From: Candidatus Woesearchaeota archaeon
GTDB taxonomy: Archaea > Nanobdellota > Nanobdellia > Pacearchaeales > GW2011-AR1
DNA length: 42,114 nt
Assembly (NCBI GenBank): GCA_964354195.1
Contig: CAYGYN010000076.1
Span: 1 to 42,114 of the forward strand
Direction: 5' to 3'
Below are positions 25,839 to 34,245 of this stretch, in pieces (the first letter of the stretch is position 1; the number at the start of each line of letters is the position of its first letter). The notes under the pieces are model-generated. The model was not told the origin of the DNA and ran no database searches. It saw only the letters and a list, made by a program, of their open reading frames with translations. Both the position numbers and the translations under genes were made by a program.

Positions 25839-28241
25839 GTGAAATTTAATTTCAAAAAGATTGCATCTGTAATAGCAAGCACAGTTATGCTCAGCTCAAC
25901 AGTGGCACTCGCCGCTGCAGCCAACTACCCATCACCATTCGTACAGAACGGTGTTGCTGATGTTGCTGTGGTCTATGGCGCAAATGCGGCTCAAACCGAC
26001 TTGGTCGCTGCAACTGACATAACAGCTAGCTTAAATTCAGGAATATTAACACAGGTTACAACAGGTGGAGTATCACAAGCCACAGGTGGAGACGCGGTCA
26101 AACTTGCAAGAACAAGTGACTTAGTCGACCTTGGAAATGATGTAAACGTAGTATTTAGTAAGTCAGTCACTAAAGATGACTTAAAGACCTTACTTGCTGA
26201 CGGAACATACTTGAACGACGCAAACAGCGAGTACAAGTATGAACAAAAAATCAACCTTGGTAGCCTTAACATGAGCTTCTTCGCAGATAGTGATTATAAG
26301 AATAAAGAGCCCACAGTCGGCTTCAAGTTAGCTGACGGTGTTAGAGTAATGAACTATACCCTTGACTTTACTACTAATGCTGAATCATCAGTTTCCACAG
26401 CAGGAGACTTGACAGACTTAGAAACCACTGACATATCAATATTAGGAAAGGACTATTATATCTTAGACGCAAAGAATGCAACAGCAGCAGGTACATACCT
26501 TGGAACATTCACATTGCTTGATTCTGCAAACTCAGTTGTTGTCACAGAAGGCGAGAGCCAGACAGTAACTGTAGGAGGCAAGCCATACACAATATCAGTC
26601 GCTTATATCGCTGACAATAAAGTCAAGCTTGATGTAAACGGCGAGATGACAAACGTATTGACAGCTACTACAACTACAACATTCAAGTTGGAGGATGGCA
26701 CATATGTAGGCATCAAAGAGATATTGTACAACTCCAAAGAGAGTGGAGTAAGCAAGGTAGAGATGAGCATAGGTTCTGGAAAATTGGAAATTTCCTCAGG
26801 AAATGACGTTGAACTCAACGACGACTCTATATCTGGCCTTAAGGGCTATATATTCAGAGGAAGCCTATCGGGAGGAAAGGAGACAATGGACAAGATAGTC
26901 CTTACATGGGATACTGACGACACAATGTTCGTAAGTCCGACTTCAGACTTAGTAATGCCAGGATTTAATGCAGTCAAGCTTTCAATGGGAGACTTTATAG
27001 TCCCTAAGAAGGAATTGGCTGAAGTGAATTATGATGGCGACGACAGTATATCATTAGTAGTGCCTATCAAAGATGGGACTGCTGATTTCAATATATTGTA
27101 TGCTAACTCTAACGGCGCGTTCATAGGACTTGGAAAATCTGTTGATGAACAATTGACTACAGGAGCTACATCATTGCTCGTGAACCTGACTTCAGGCGAC
27201 CGAGACAAGTGGTTTGTTGCTTCATGGAACTCAACCAAAGATGCTGAGTCCTACTTGTTATCTGCAAGCATAGAAGAGAAAGATGGCAAGAATAGAACAA
27301 CAATCAAGAATGAAGTGACTGGAAATAATGTTTGCGAGGATAAAGCTAATGGCGATGTCTGTCAGTTTGGCAGCGTAAGCCTTAACATTATCGGCGTCAA
27401 CAAAACAGGAAGCAACAAGTGGGTTACAATGACAGGAGGTTCGGGAGTATCCTTTGATAAAGTATACACCACGGACGGCTTGAAGATTGCATTGCCACTA
27501 ATGTCAACTATTAATGATACTGTTGTTGATGGAGAAATCTTCCTCAACAGCACCGCCGGAGGTATTGGAGGTGCTCCTGGACACAATAATAATACATATT
27601 ATTTGTTCATGACAGAAATGGATAAGGATGACAATGTTGCAAAGGGAATAAAGTTCAATGCTACATTAGGACACGATAGCGATGGAAATGTACATGTCAC
27701 AACATTTGACACTGGACAAACCAAGCTTGATGTACCTGGTTCAAGTGATGACCAAGTAAGCATGGTCGTATCAGACTTAGCTACAAAGGTCACAAGAACA
27801 GTCAGCTCAGACAAAGGAAAACTTCAGGTTGAATACCATGGAGGAGAATCCTATGCTGACGTATTCCTTACTTCATTGGAGGCGCAAGTCTCAACAAGCG
27901 GAAGCACTGCTAAAGTATTGCCTATAAAAGACTCAGAAGCAGCATCAGTAACAGCTAATAACTTGGTTGTTGTTGGTGGAAGCTGTATTAACAGCGTTGC
28001 TGCTGATTTACTTGGAGGCGCTCTTTGCGGAGCTGACTTTGAGGCTAAGACAGGTGTTGGAGCTGGAGCATTCCTTATCGAGACATTCTCTCGCACAGGA
28101 GGCGGAGTTGCAACACTAGTTGCTGGTTACAATGCAGAGGACACAACAAGTGCAGCCAAGTATTTGACTACCAAAGTTGTTGACACATCTGTCGGCAGCG
28201 TGGTAACAAAGAAGTCTGTTACTTTTGAAGCCCTAGCTTAA
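25839..28241 (+). CDS. S-layer protein (Methanococcales-type S_layer_N / S_layer_C architecture)
   Basis: GTG start 10 nt after the Shine-Dalgarno-like AGGGGGT (25822-25828), with an in-frame TAA 2 codons upstream. Signal peptide MKFNFKKIASVIASTVMLSSTVALAAAA. N-domain NYPSPFVQNGVADVAVVYGANAAQTDLVAATDI. C-terminal NLVVVGGSCINSVAADLLGG. About 10 N-x-S/T sequons. Confidence 0.8.
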   Translation: MKFNFKKIASVIASTVMLSSTVALAAAANYPSPFVQNGVADVAVVYGANAAQTDLVAATDITASLNSGILTQVTTGGVSQATGGDAVKLARTSDLVDLGNDVNVVFSKSVTKDDLKTLLADGTYLNDANSEYKYEQKINLGSLNMSFFADSDYKNKEPTVGFKLADGVRVMNYTLDFTTNAESSVSTAGDLTDLETTDISILGKDYYILDAKNATAAGTYLGTFTLLDSANSVVVTEGESQTVTVGGKPYTISVAYIADNKVKLDVNGEMTNVLTATTTTTFKLEDGTYVGIKEILYNSKESGVSKVEMSIGSGKLEISSGNDVELNDDSISGLKGYIFRGSLSGGKETMDKIVLTWDTDDTMFVSPTSDLVMPGFNAVKLSMGDFIVPKKELAEVNYDGDDSISLVVPIKDGTADFNILYANSNGAFIGLGKSVDEQLTTGATSLLVNLTSGDRDKWFVASWNSTKDAESYLLSASIEEKDGKNRTTIKNEVTGNNVCEDKANGDVCQFGSVSLNIIGVNKTGSNKWVTMTGGSGVSFDKVYTTDGLKIALPLMSTINDTVVDGEIFLNSTAGGIGGAPGHNNNTYYLFMTEMDKDDNVAKGIKFNATLGHDSDGNVHVTTFDTGQTKLDVPGSSDDQVSMVVSDLATKVTRTVSSDKGKLQVEYHGGESYADVFLTSLEAQVSTSGSTAKVLPIKDSEAASVTANNLVVVGGSCINSVAADLLGGALCGADFEAKTGVGAGAFLIETFSRTGGGVATLVAGYNAEDTTSAAKYLTTKVVDTSVGSVVTKKSVTFEALA

Positions 28242-28242
28242 A

Positions 28243-28308
28243 CCGAGATTTTTTAATTTATCTTTTTCTTTTTTTTCTTTTTTTATCTTCTGGCGAGAGC
28301 CAGATTTT
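28243..28308 (+). terminator. oligo-T tracts plus hairpin-T4 terminator region after the S-layer gene
   Basis: Runs of T6, T5, T8 and T7 between 28249 and 28285. The hairpin TCTGGC-GAGA-GCCAGA (28289-28304) is followed by TTTT. Confidence 0.6.
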
Positions 28309-28363
28309 GGATACTTAACTGGACTTCCATATAATTTTTAAAGCATAATTTCCAAGAGAATTT

Positions 28364-28918
28364 ATGAATAACCTTAGAAAGATAGAAAGCAGAGAGGAAA
28401 TGGAAAGAAAGAGAAAAAGGAATACTCTATTCTTGAGCATTATCATGATATCAATACTTGTGTTCAGCACAGCAGGCTATTTTGCATTTAAGGACGATAG
28501 TGACACGCAGAGCAATACAGAGGGAGTGCAGAACATGGGAGGAGACTCATGGGTCTTCAAATATGGCGAGCAGACAGTAAAACTTAGCAATTCCCCGGAA
28601 AGCGTGAAGAACATAACTGTCTTCGTCAACGAGGACATTTCTTCATATTCAGGCAAGATAGTTTATGTTGCCTCTGAGAATGATGCGGGCTTGTATGAAA
28701 TTTATTCTGCGCTGTCAGGATATGCTGGGCGCGTCCAGCCGGCATGCTATGGAAAGTGCACTAAGGACTTGCCAGAGAAAGAGTGCAATGAAACCATGAT
28801 TGTGGTAAAGCCTGCAAATGCAACAGATATGGTTTATCAAAAAGACAGCTGTGTGTTCATAGAAGGGGATTTAAAGGCTGTTGATGCTTTCCTCTATAAG
28901 ATATATGGGATAATATAA
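28364..28918 (+). CDS. N-terminally membrane-anchored extracytoplasmic protein, 4 Cys, unknown function
   Basis: A basic N-terminus and a single TM (LFLSIIMISILVFSTAGYFAF). A TATA-like ATTTTTAAAG lies about 25 nt upstream. Confidence 0.55.
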   Translation: MNNLRKIESREEMERKRKRNTLFLSIIMISILVFSTAGYFAFKDDSDTQSNTEGVQNMGGDSWVFKYGEQTVKLSNSPESVKNITVFVNEDISSYSGKIVYVASENDAGLYEIYSALSGYAGRVQPACYGKCTKDLPEKECNETMIVVKPANATDMVYQKDSCVFIEGDLKAVDAFLYKIYGII

Positions 28919-28919
28919 A

Positions 28920-29588
28920 ATGGCTAAAAGAATAAAACGAGACAAAGAAACACATATTGATAAGGGAATAAAGAGATATCTCCCCCTTATTATCTCTCTT
29001 GCTGCCTTGGCAGTTATTTTCCTCGTTCTCTATTACTTCTTCCAGGGAATGGGCAAGGTTGAATACCAAGGATTAACCTTTATCAAGCAGAAGTTTGGAA
29101 GCATACAGGTTTACACTTACAGTTACCTTGTGAAGAGCCCTGATGGGAAAATTCTTCAGAATACACTTTACCTCAGACTAGACCCAAGCAAGAACAAGGT
29201 GCCTGTTGAGGGAGAGATAATTTACAGAGAAGGCATGCTAACTTACATCAGCATTAATGCCACGGAACTAAGTAAATGCAATGACAGCATGATTTCTGTT
29301 GCAAATCTGGTTAATTTCCTTTCGAATAACAATATCAAAGTAAAGGGAGGAACTCCTGACAAGCAGGAAGCGCAGAATAACAACCAGACATATGTCAACT
29401 GCAATAATTATCCCCTGAATACAGTCATACTTCTAACTGAGGGAGATGAGACAAAGATAACAAAGCAGAATAATTGCTACATTGTAAGCGCAAACAACTG
29501 CGAGATTCTGCCGGCTGTGGAGAAGCTTATAGTCCAGTCAATTCTTGATGCAAGAGTATACAACTCAGGAAAAGAGGCGAAAGCCTGA
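28920..29588 (+). CDS. N-terminally membrane-anchored extracytoplasmic protein, 4 Cys, possible paralogue of the preceding gene
   Basis: A single TM (LPLIISLAALAVIFLVLYYFF). The start is 1 nt after the upstream stop. The C-terminal C-N..T-[VM]-I-[LV]...C-[YV]-[IF]...AV-[ED] pattern is shared with the 184-aa neighbour. Confidence 0.55.
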   Translation: MAKRIKRDKETHIDKGIKRYLPLIISLAALAVIFLVLYYFFQGMGKVEYQGLTFIKQKFGSIQVYTYSYLVKSPDGKILQNTLYLRLDPSKNKVPVEGEIIYREGMLTYISINATELSKCNDSMISVANLVNFLSNNNIKVKGGTPDKQEAQNNNQTYVNCNNYPLNTVILLTEGDETKITKQNNCYIVSANNCEILPAVEKLIVQSILDARVYNSGKEAKA

Positions 29589-30020
29589 GTAAGTTATCAG
29601 AGTTACGATTATTCCTGCAAGAACTGCCCCGAGGGCAATATAAGCAAATGATTTCTTCTTATCCATACCAAGGGCCCAGGAGCCCAGGGCAGCTGTATAA
29701 ACCCCTGTGAATGGCAGAGGTATTGCAACAAATATCATCAAGCCGATGTAGCCATATTTCTCAATTTGTCTGTGAATCTTGTGCCTTGCTCTTTCCAAGA
29801 CCTTATGGAATAATTTGTTGTACCATTGCATGTGGAGGAACAGATTGTTCAAATATTCCAGAAAAATAAATATTAACGGGACAATGAGTATATTTGCCAG
29901 AGTGCAAATCAAGAAAGCAGTTAAAGGATTTAATCCATAGGCAATTGCAAGAGGAATTCCCCCCCTTAGCTCAGAGATTGGCAGCATGCTAAGCAAAATT
30001 ATCTCAAGAAGATTATTCAT
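29565..30020 (-). CDS. small membrane protein of the COG2426 / 'putative small multi-drug export' family
   Basis: MLPISELRGGIPLAIAYGLNP is the signature N-terminus of that family as I recall it. It has 4 TM segments and an ATGA overlap with the sortase-like gene. Confidence 0.55.
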   Translation of the reverse strand: MNNLLEIILLSMLPISELRGGIPLAIAYGLNPLTAFLICTLANILIVPLIFIFLEYLNNLFLHMQWYNKLFHKVLERARHKIHRQIEKYGYIGLMIFVAIPLPFTGVYTAALGSWALGMDKKKSFAYIALGAVLAGIIVTLITYSGFRLFS

Positions 30021-30547
30021 TGTTTGCCTCTCTTTATGCTATGAAAGATATTTTTTAAATCTGTGTATCCGGGAATTGCCTTTATCTCGAAGAGATAAAC
30101 ATTTGCGAACCAGATAGCTACAACAAGAACAGTTGAACCGAAATTCCAGACAAGCTTATGGGTGAAATCAAAATATTGGTCTCCTGTTATGAACAATGCT
30201 GCAAAAACAACAATGCGCAGGATGTTAAGAACTAAGAGGGAGAGAATAGTGAAACCAAGGCTTTTTGCCCTTATTTTTGGCTTCAAGGGGGTTGCAAGGT
30301 TCAAGATTAAGAGCAGATAATATGCAGAGCCTGCAATGCAGGCAGGAATAAGCTGGATTGAATAGCTGTTGAATATAAGGCATTCATTGGATAAGGTTAT
30401 TCCATGATAGAAAATGCTGAGAATCCAGTAAACAGGATAAACTGTAAGTGGTGTGAAGATAAAGTAAAAGATAAGCATGCCAGGCAGGGCTATCAGGACA
30501 AGAAATAGGTAACGCAGGAATAATTTCAACGTATCTTCAAGGTTCAT
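30017..30547 (-). CDS. minimal exosortase/archaeosortase family protein (176 aa)
   Basis: Polytopic membrane protein with the Cys...Arg...His catalytic pattern at family-typical spacing: IPACIAGSAYY, then ~43 aa, then LNILRIVVF, then ~22 aa, then FTHKLVWNFGS. Confidence 0.65.
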   Translation of the reverse strand: MNLEDTLKLFLRYLFLVLIALPGMLIFYFIFTPLTVYPVYWILSIFYHGITLSNECLIFNSYSIQLIPACIAGSAYYLLLILNLATPLKPKIRAKSLGFTILSLLVLNILRIVVFAALFITGDQYFDFTHKLVWNFGSTVLVVAIWFANVYLFEIKAIPGYTDLKNIFHSIKRGKQ

Positions 30548-30587
30548 AAAGAATCAAAGCAAAAGAGATTTATAAGCTATCCCAAAA

Positions 30588-32540
30588 CTATCTCTTCAGA
30601 ATTCTGACAGCAAGAACAATTATCAGGATAATCAAGATTAAGTTTATGCCGCCGATTATCCAAAGCAAGGTCTTGTTTCCAGTGAACAGGCCTGAAAGTG
30701 AAGATGTCCAGCTTGAGCCTTCTTCTATAGTTACTGCAACTGACTTTGAGTCTATCTTGTCGCCTGCTTTTGTCTCGATTGTGAAGGTTTTCTCTCCTGA
30801 AACGCCAGCATCAACTGCGAATGTGAATTGGACTTCTCTGCTCTCGCTTCCATTCAACGTCAATATCCTGTCTGAAATTGACTTCAATGTTGCCCATGAT
30901 TCAAAGTCTTTTGCATCAACAACAAAGGTATTCTTCCCTATGGCAAGGTTCTTTATCAAAGCTGTAATGACAAGTTCCTGTCCTGCTTTTGCTTCACTAT
31001 CCAATGAGGCAGTTATTTCTGTAAGGGGCTTGCTTGTAGCATTGGTTGTTCCGCCTATTCCGCCAGCAACTGTTATCCTTGCTTCCCATGTTGTGTCTGA
31101 ATGGTCTGTGTACAAGTCAGATGATTTCTTGTAATCAAAGTATGTGTCTAATTTCAGGGTATAAACTCCATTTTCTGCAGTGTAAGGCACAACAAATGAG
31201 AAGTCAACAGGCTCTGAATCTCCGCTGTCAAGAGAGAAGGATGAAGACTCGATATTCAAGCCAAGCTTTGAATTGTAGAGTGTTACTTTTACCTTTGTCT
31301 GGTCCTCTGTTCCTATGTTGTAGGCTCTTGTGCTGACATGAACAGTATCGCCTGTCTGCACAACAAGCTCTGGAGAGACAACTATCTCATCTTCATTCAA
31401 AACAATGTCCTTTGATTTCTTTGTTATGGAAATTGAGTCTACCGAACTATCTGGAACATCTGTGGCTTCATAGGAATTGCAATATGAGCTTTCTTTGCCG
31501 CTTACATATGCCTTGACATAAAGAGAGTATCTTCCATCTGAGTCTTCAACATCTACAGGCACTTGGAATTCGAACTTGACTGTCTCTGAATCTCCATCGT
31601 CTATTGAAACTTCCTGCTCAAGATAATTATCACCATCTAATTCTATGAAATCCTTATCTTCTGTATCATAGAGTGCAAGCCTGACAACAAAATCCTTGTC
31701 CTTGCCAATATCATTTCCGACATCCACTTCGATTTCAACATTGTCAAGAGGCTTCCATTCCCATTCATTATCTGTATCAGAAGAAACATCTGATATATCT
31801 TCTATAGTGACTTTTGTGGCATTGATATTCCCATTCTTGCAATAAACGCCCATGATTGTAAATCCCTGTGTGTCATTTGCAATAGGATAGTCCAAATCTT
31901 TTGCAAGCACAGTTATGCTGTGGTCGCCCAACTCCAAATCATTGATATTCTCAAGAGAATTTATATTGACAGTTGTTGAGCTGCCGGCGCTAAGCGCAAA
32001 GTTATTCTTTGAGAATGAGACGTTAATTCCTCCTGAATATGTAAGGTTTATGTGGTTGAGAGCAGTATTTCCTGTATTTGTGACTGTCATGGTGGCATTC
32101 TGTTGTGAATTCAAATCTGTTGGGTCCGAGATATCAAGTGAATAGGTATTATTTATTGGAACAGAGAATGATATTACCTCGTTTGAGCCTGTGCCACTTG
32201 GGTCAGCAGTTATTGTGAATGTAAGTGTGCCTGACTGATGGGCAGTGAAAGAAACTGTTTCGGTAAATGTCTTTGTTTCATTTGCAACAAGAGAAGTATC
32301 TGTTGGCAGGGTTATTGTTGCGCTTCCTGATGTCACAGAAGAGGTCCATGTGATTGGAGAAGCGTCAAGTCCTGTGTTTGTAATATTGAACACGACTGAG
32401 AATGAACCTGCATCATGCAAAACGCTTGCTGGCTCAGAAACTACTGCTGAAGAAAGACTTGCAGCGCTTGCAAAGCCTGCTATAAGAAATACTGACAGAA
32501 TTGCAACCAAAAATAATGGGAAATGTTTTGATGTTTTCAT
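30588..32540 (-). CDS. secreted surface glycoprotein with repeated CARDB/Ig-like beta-sandwich modules and a C-terminal TM sorting signal
   Basis: Signal peptide MKTSKHFPLFLVAILSVFLIAGFASA. Recurrent '..V.V.N.G...' modules (FSVVFNITNTG, MTVTNTGNTAL, RAYNIGTED, LIKNLAIGKNT). Many N-x-S/T sequons. The C-terminus is SSLSGLFTGNKT-LLWIIGGINLILIILIIVLAV-RILKR. Confidence 0.65.
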   Translation of the reverse strand: MKTSKHFPLFLVAILSVFLIAGFASAASLSSAVVSEPASVLHDAGSFSVVFNITNTGLDASPITWTSSVTSGSATITLPTDTSLVANETKTFTETVSFTAHQSGTLTFTITADPSGTGSNEVISFSVPINNTYSLDISDPTDLNSQQNATMTVTNTGNTALNHINLTYSGGINVSFSKNNFALSAGSSTTVNINSLENINDLELGDHSITVLAKDLDYPIANDTQGFTIMGVYCKNGNINATKVTIEDISDVSSDTDNEWEWKPLDNVEIEVDVGNDIGKDKDFVVRLALYDTEDKDFIELDGDNYLEQEVSIDDGDSETVKFEFQVPVDVEDSDGRYSLYVKAYVSGKESSYCNSYEATDVPDSSVDSISITKKSKDIVLNEDEIVVSPELVVQTGDTVHVSTRAYNIGTEDQTKVKVTLYNSKLGLNIESSSFSLDSGDSEPVDFSFVVPYTAENGVYTLKLDTYFDYKKSSDLYTDHSDTTWEARITVAGGIGGTTNATSKPLTEITASLDSEAKAGQELVITALIKNLAIGKNTFVVDAKDFESWATLKSISDRILTLNGSESREVQFTFAVDAGVSGEKTFTIETKAGDKIDSKSVAVTIEEGSSWTSSLSGLFTGNKTLLWIIGGINLILIILIIVLAVRILKR

Positions 32541-32615
32541 TTTATGTTGTAACTCGATAATTACACTGGTTTATAAATATTTCTATTTGTAAGAATATAG
32601 TTGCATTTAAGACAT

Positions 32616-32665
32616 CAAGATTTGCTGTTTGCGTAACCCCTCAACTTTAACAAACGCAAATCTTG
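32616..32665. repeat. inverted repeat / hairpin 1 in a divergent intergenic region
   Basis: CAAGATTTGC(T)GTTTG (32616-32631) is complementary to CAAACGCAAATCTTG (32651-32665), giving 15 bp with one bulged T and a 19-nt loop. Confidence 0.6.
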
Positions 32666-32671
32666 GGTGCT

Positions 32672-32714
32672 CAAGAACCCAAACACGCCCCAGACTTCAG
32701 CCAGAGGGTTCTTG
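32672..32714. repeat. inverted repeat / hairpin 2 in a divergent intergenic region
   Basis: CAAGAACCC (32672-32680) is complementary to GGGTTCTTG (32706-32714), with a 25-nt C-rich loop. Confidence 0.55.
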
Positions 32715-32720
32715 ACAAAC

Positions 32721-32728
32721 TTTAAATA
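32721..32728 (+). promoter_or_regulatory. TATA box for the 127-aa membrane protein gene
   Basis: TTTAAATA lies about 30 nt upstream of the ATG at 32758. Confidence 0.5.
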
Positions 32729-32757
32729 AAAGAGCATATTAGAAATCTTGAGGGAAA

Positions 32758-33141
32758 ATGGCAATAAGGGCGAGAGAAAATGTCGTGGGTGCATGGGCGT
32801 TCCTTGCGGGAGTTGTGCTTGCGATATTAGTAGGGGTTTTTGCAGGCGACAAAATCAATCCTCTTATTCTATGGGTTCTTGTTGGCTTGGGACTTGTCGT
32901 GGGCTATTTTGTGCCTGAGAAAAGCATCCAGACTTTCTTGATAGCCTCTGTTTCCTTAGTTATAGTAAGTTATATAGGGATGTCAGGCATGGTGCTAAAT
33001 GCAGCAATAAGCGGAGTGCAGATAGGGAAGATGATATCCTCGATTCTTGGCACACTCTTAATGTTATTTGTTCCCGCAACAATCCTTGTAGCCCTTAAGA
33101 CAGTATTCTCAATTTCTGCGATACGCGCCGAGAAGGAATAG
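32758..33141 (+). CDS. hypothetical membrane protein (about 4 TM)
   Basis: The ORF is hydrophobic throughout. No family recognised. Confidence 0.5.
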   Translation: MAIRARENVVGAWAFLAGVVLAILVGVFAGDKINPLILWVLVGLGLVVGYFVPEKSIQTFLIASVSLVIVSYIGMSGMVLNAAISGVQIGKMISSILGTLLMLFVPATILVALKTVFSISAIRAEKE

Positions 33142-33271
33142 GGCATATAATATAGTGCCCTGTTATTTGTGAAAGATTGTTATCTGAATACCTAGAAAGT
33201 CATTGAGCAGTATAACGATTTTACAATTAACTCTGTTTAAAGAATATATTTATTGTGGCAAAAATGATTAG

Positions 33272-33655
33272 TTATCCGCCTAGAAAGTCTGTTCTCTTTT
33301 CCTTTGCTGGAGCTGCAGGCGCCTTGTGGATGTCTGCAAACTGAGGGGTTGCGATTATTACGCTCTCTCCAAAACCGGCAATCTTGCCTTCAATTGCATC
33401 GATTGTCTTTTTTATCTTTGCCACTGCTCTCTTGAACTCAATTATGTCCTTGCTCTTTAAAGGCTTGGTGTCAATGACTGCAATTGTATATCCTTCCCTC
33501 AAAGCATTAAGAATTGGGTTGATATCGTCGAACTCGCGAAGCATAAAAGGCTTCACAATTACCTTATTATCGTTTGCCTGTGCAGCGTTAAGGTCGATTT
33601 CAACATATTCATCAGACTCATCTTTGCCAAACAACTTTTTTAAGCTAAACGCCAT
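33272..33655 (-). CDS. sepF: cell division protein SepF (archaeal FtsZ anchor)
   Basis: N-terminal amphipathic MAFSLKKLFGK, then YVEIDL...VKPFMLREFDDINPILNALREGYTIAVIDTKPL...GKIAGFGESVIIATP. This matches the DUF552/SepF core. Confidence 0.7.
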   Translation of the reverse strand: MAFSLKKLFGKDESDEYVEIDLNAAQANDNKVIVKPFMLREFDDINPILNALREGYTIAVIDTKPLKSKDIIEFKRAVAKIKKTIDAIEGKIAGFGESVIIATPQFADIHKAPAAPAKEKRTDFLGG

Positions 33656-33718
33656 GCCTAATAATTAAATTTGGTACTATATAAATATTACTGTAACAAT
33701 TAACTATAATTCAAAAAA

Positions 33719-34060
33719 CTAGCTTTTCTTTTTTGTAAGAATTTCTGTAAGCTCTTTTCTTAATTTTCCAGTTTTTTCCTCAAGGATTTTCTCCTGTTTC
33801 TCGACGCTGGAAATGCGAAGCTCAAGAATTTTTTGTTTTTCTAAGAGCTCTTTTAATAAATCTGCCTTGTTTGAGCGAATCATCACTCCGCCAATGACTT
33901 TATAGACTTCATCCTCTGTTTTTTTCAAGTCATTCAAGGCGCTAACAACTTCGTTTAGTTCAATCTGAACTGTTTGCTTCTGCATAAGCTGGTTTTGCAA
34001 GTTCTGCTCTAAAATTTGGAGTTCTTGTATCTTGCTTCCTGTTGCTTCATCTATATCCAT
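33719..34060 (-). CDS. pfdB: prefoldin beta subunit
   Basis: QELQILEQNLQNQLMQKQTVQIELNE...EVYKVIGGVMIRSNK...LELRISSVEKQEKIL is the canonical PfdB coiled-coil/hairpin layout. Confidence 0.8.
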   Translation of the reverse strand: MDIDEATGSKIQELQILEQNLQNQLMQKQTVQIELNEVVSALNDLKKTEDEVYKVIGGVMIRSNKADLLKELLEKQKILELRISSVEKQEKILEEKTGKLRKELTEILTKKKS

Positions 34061-34065
34061 TAGAA

Positions 34066-34203
34066 TTACACTGCCTTAAGCTTCACAATCTGTGACCTTG
34101 GCTTATAGAATATCTTTGAATTGCAGTGAGGGCAGACAAATCTCTTCTCAAGAATCTTGTTTGTGATGGGCTTGCCGCATTTGAAGCATTTATATTGTGC
34201 CAT
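34066..34203 (-). CDS. rpoP: DNA-directed RNA polymerase subunit P (Rpo12/RPABC4), 45 aa; absent from the ORF track
   Basis: Manual translation gives MAQYKCFKCGKPITNKILEKRFVCPHCNSKIFYKPRSQIVKLKAV. It has a CxxC...CxxC zinc ribbon and lies between eL43 and pfdB, as in the conserved archaeal gene order. Confidence 0.75.
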   Translation of the reverse strand: MAQYKCFKCGKPITNKILEKRFVCPHCNSKIFYKPRSQIVKLKAV

Positions 34204-34245
34204 GGTTTTGGGTGTTAAATTTTGTTTTTAAACTTATTTATTTTA

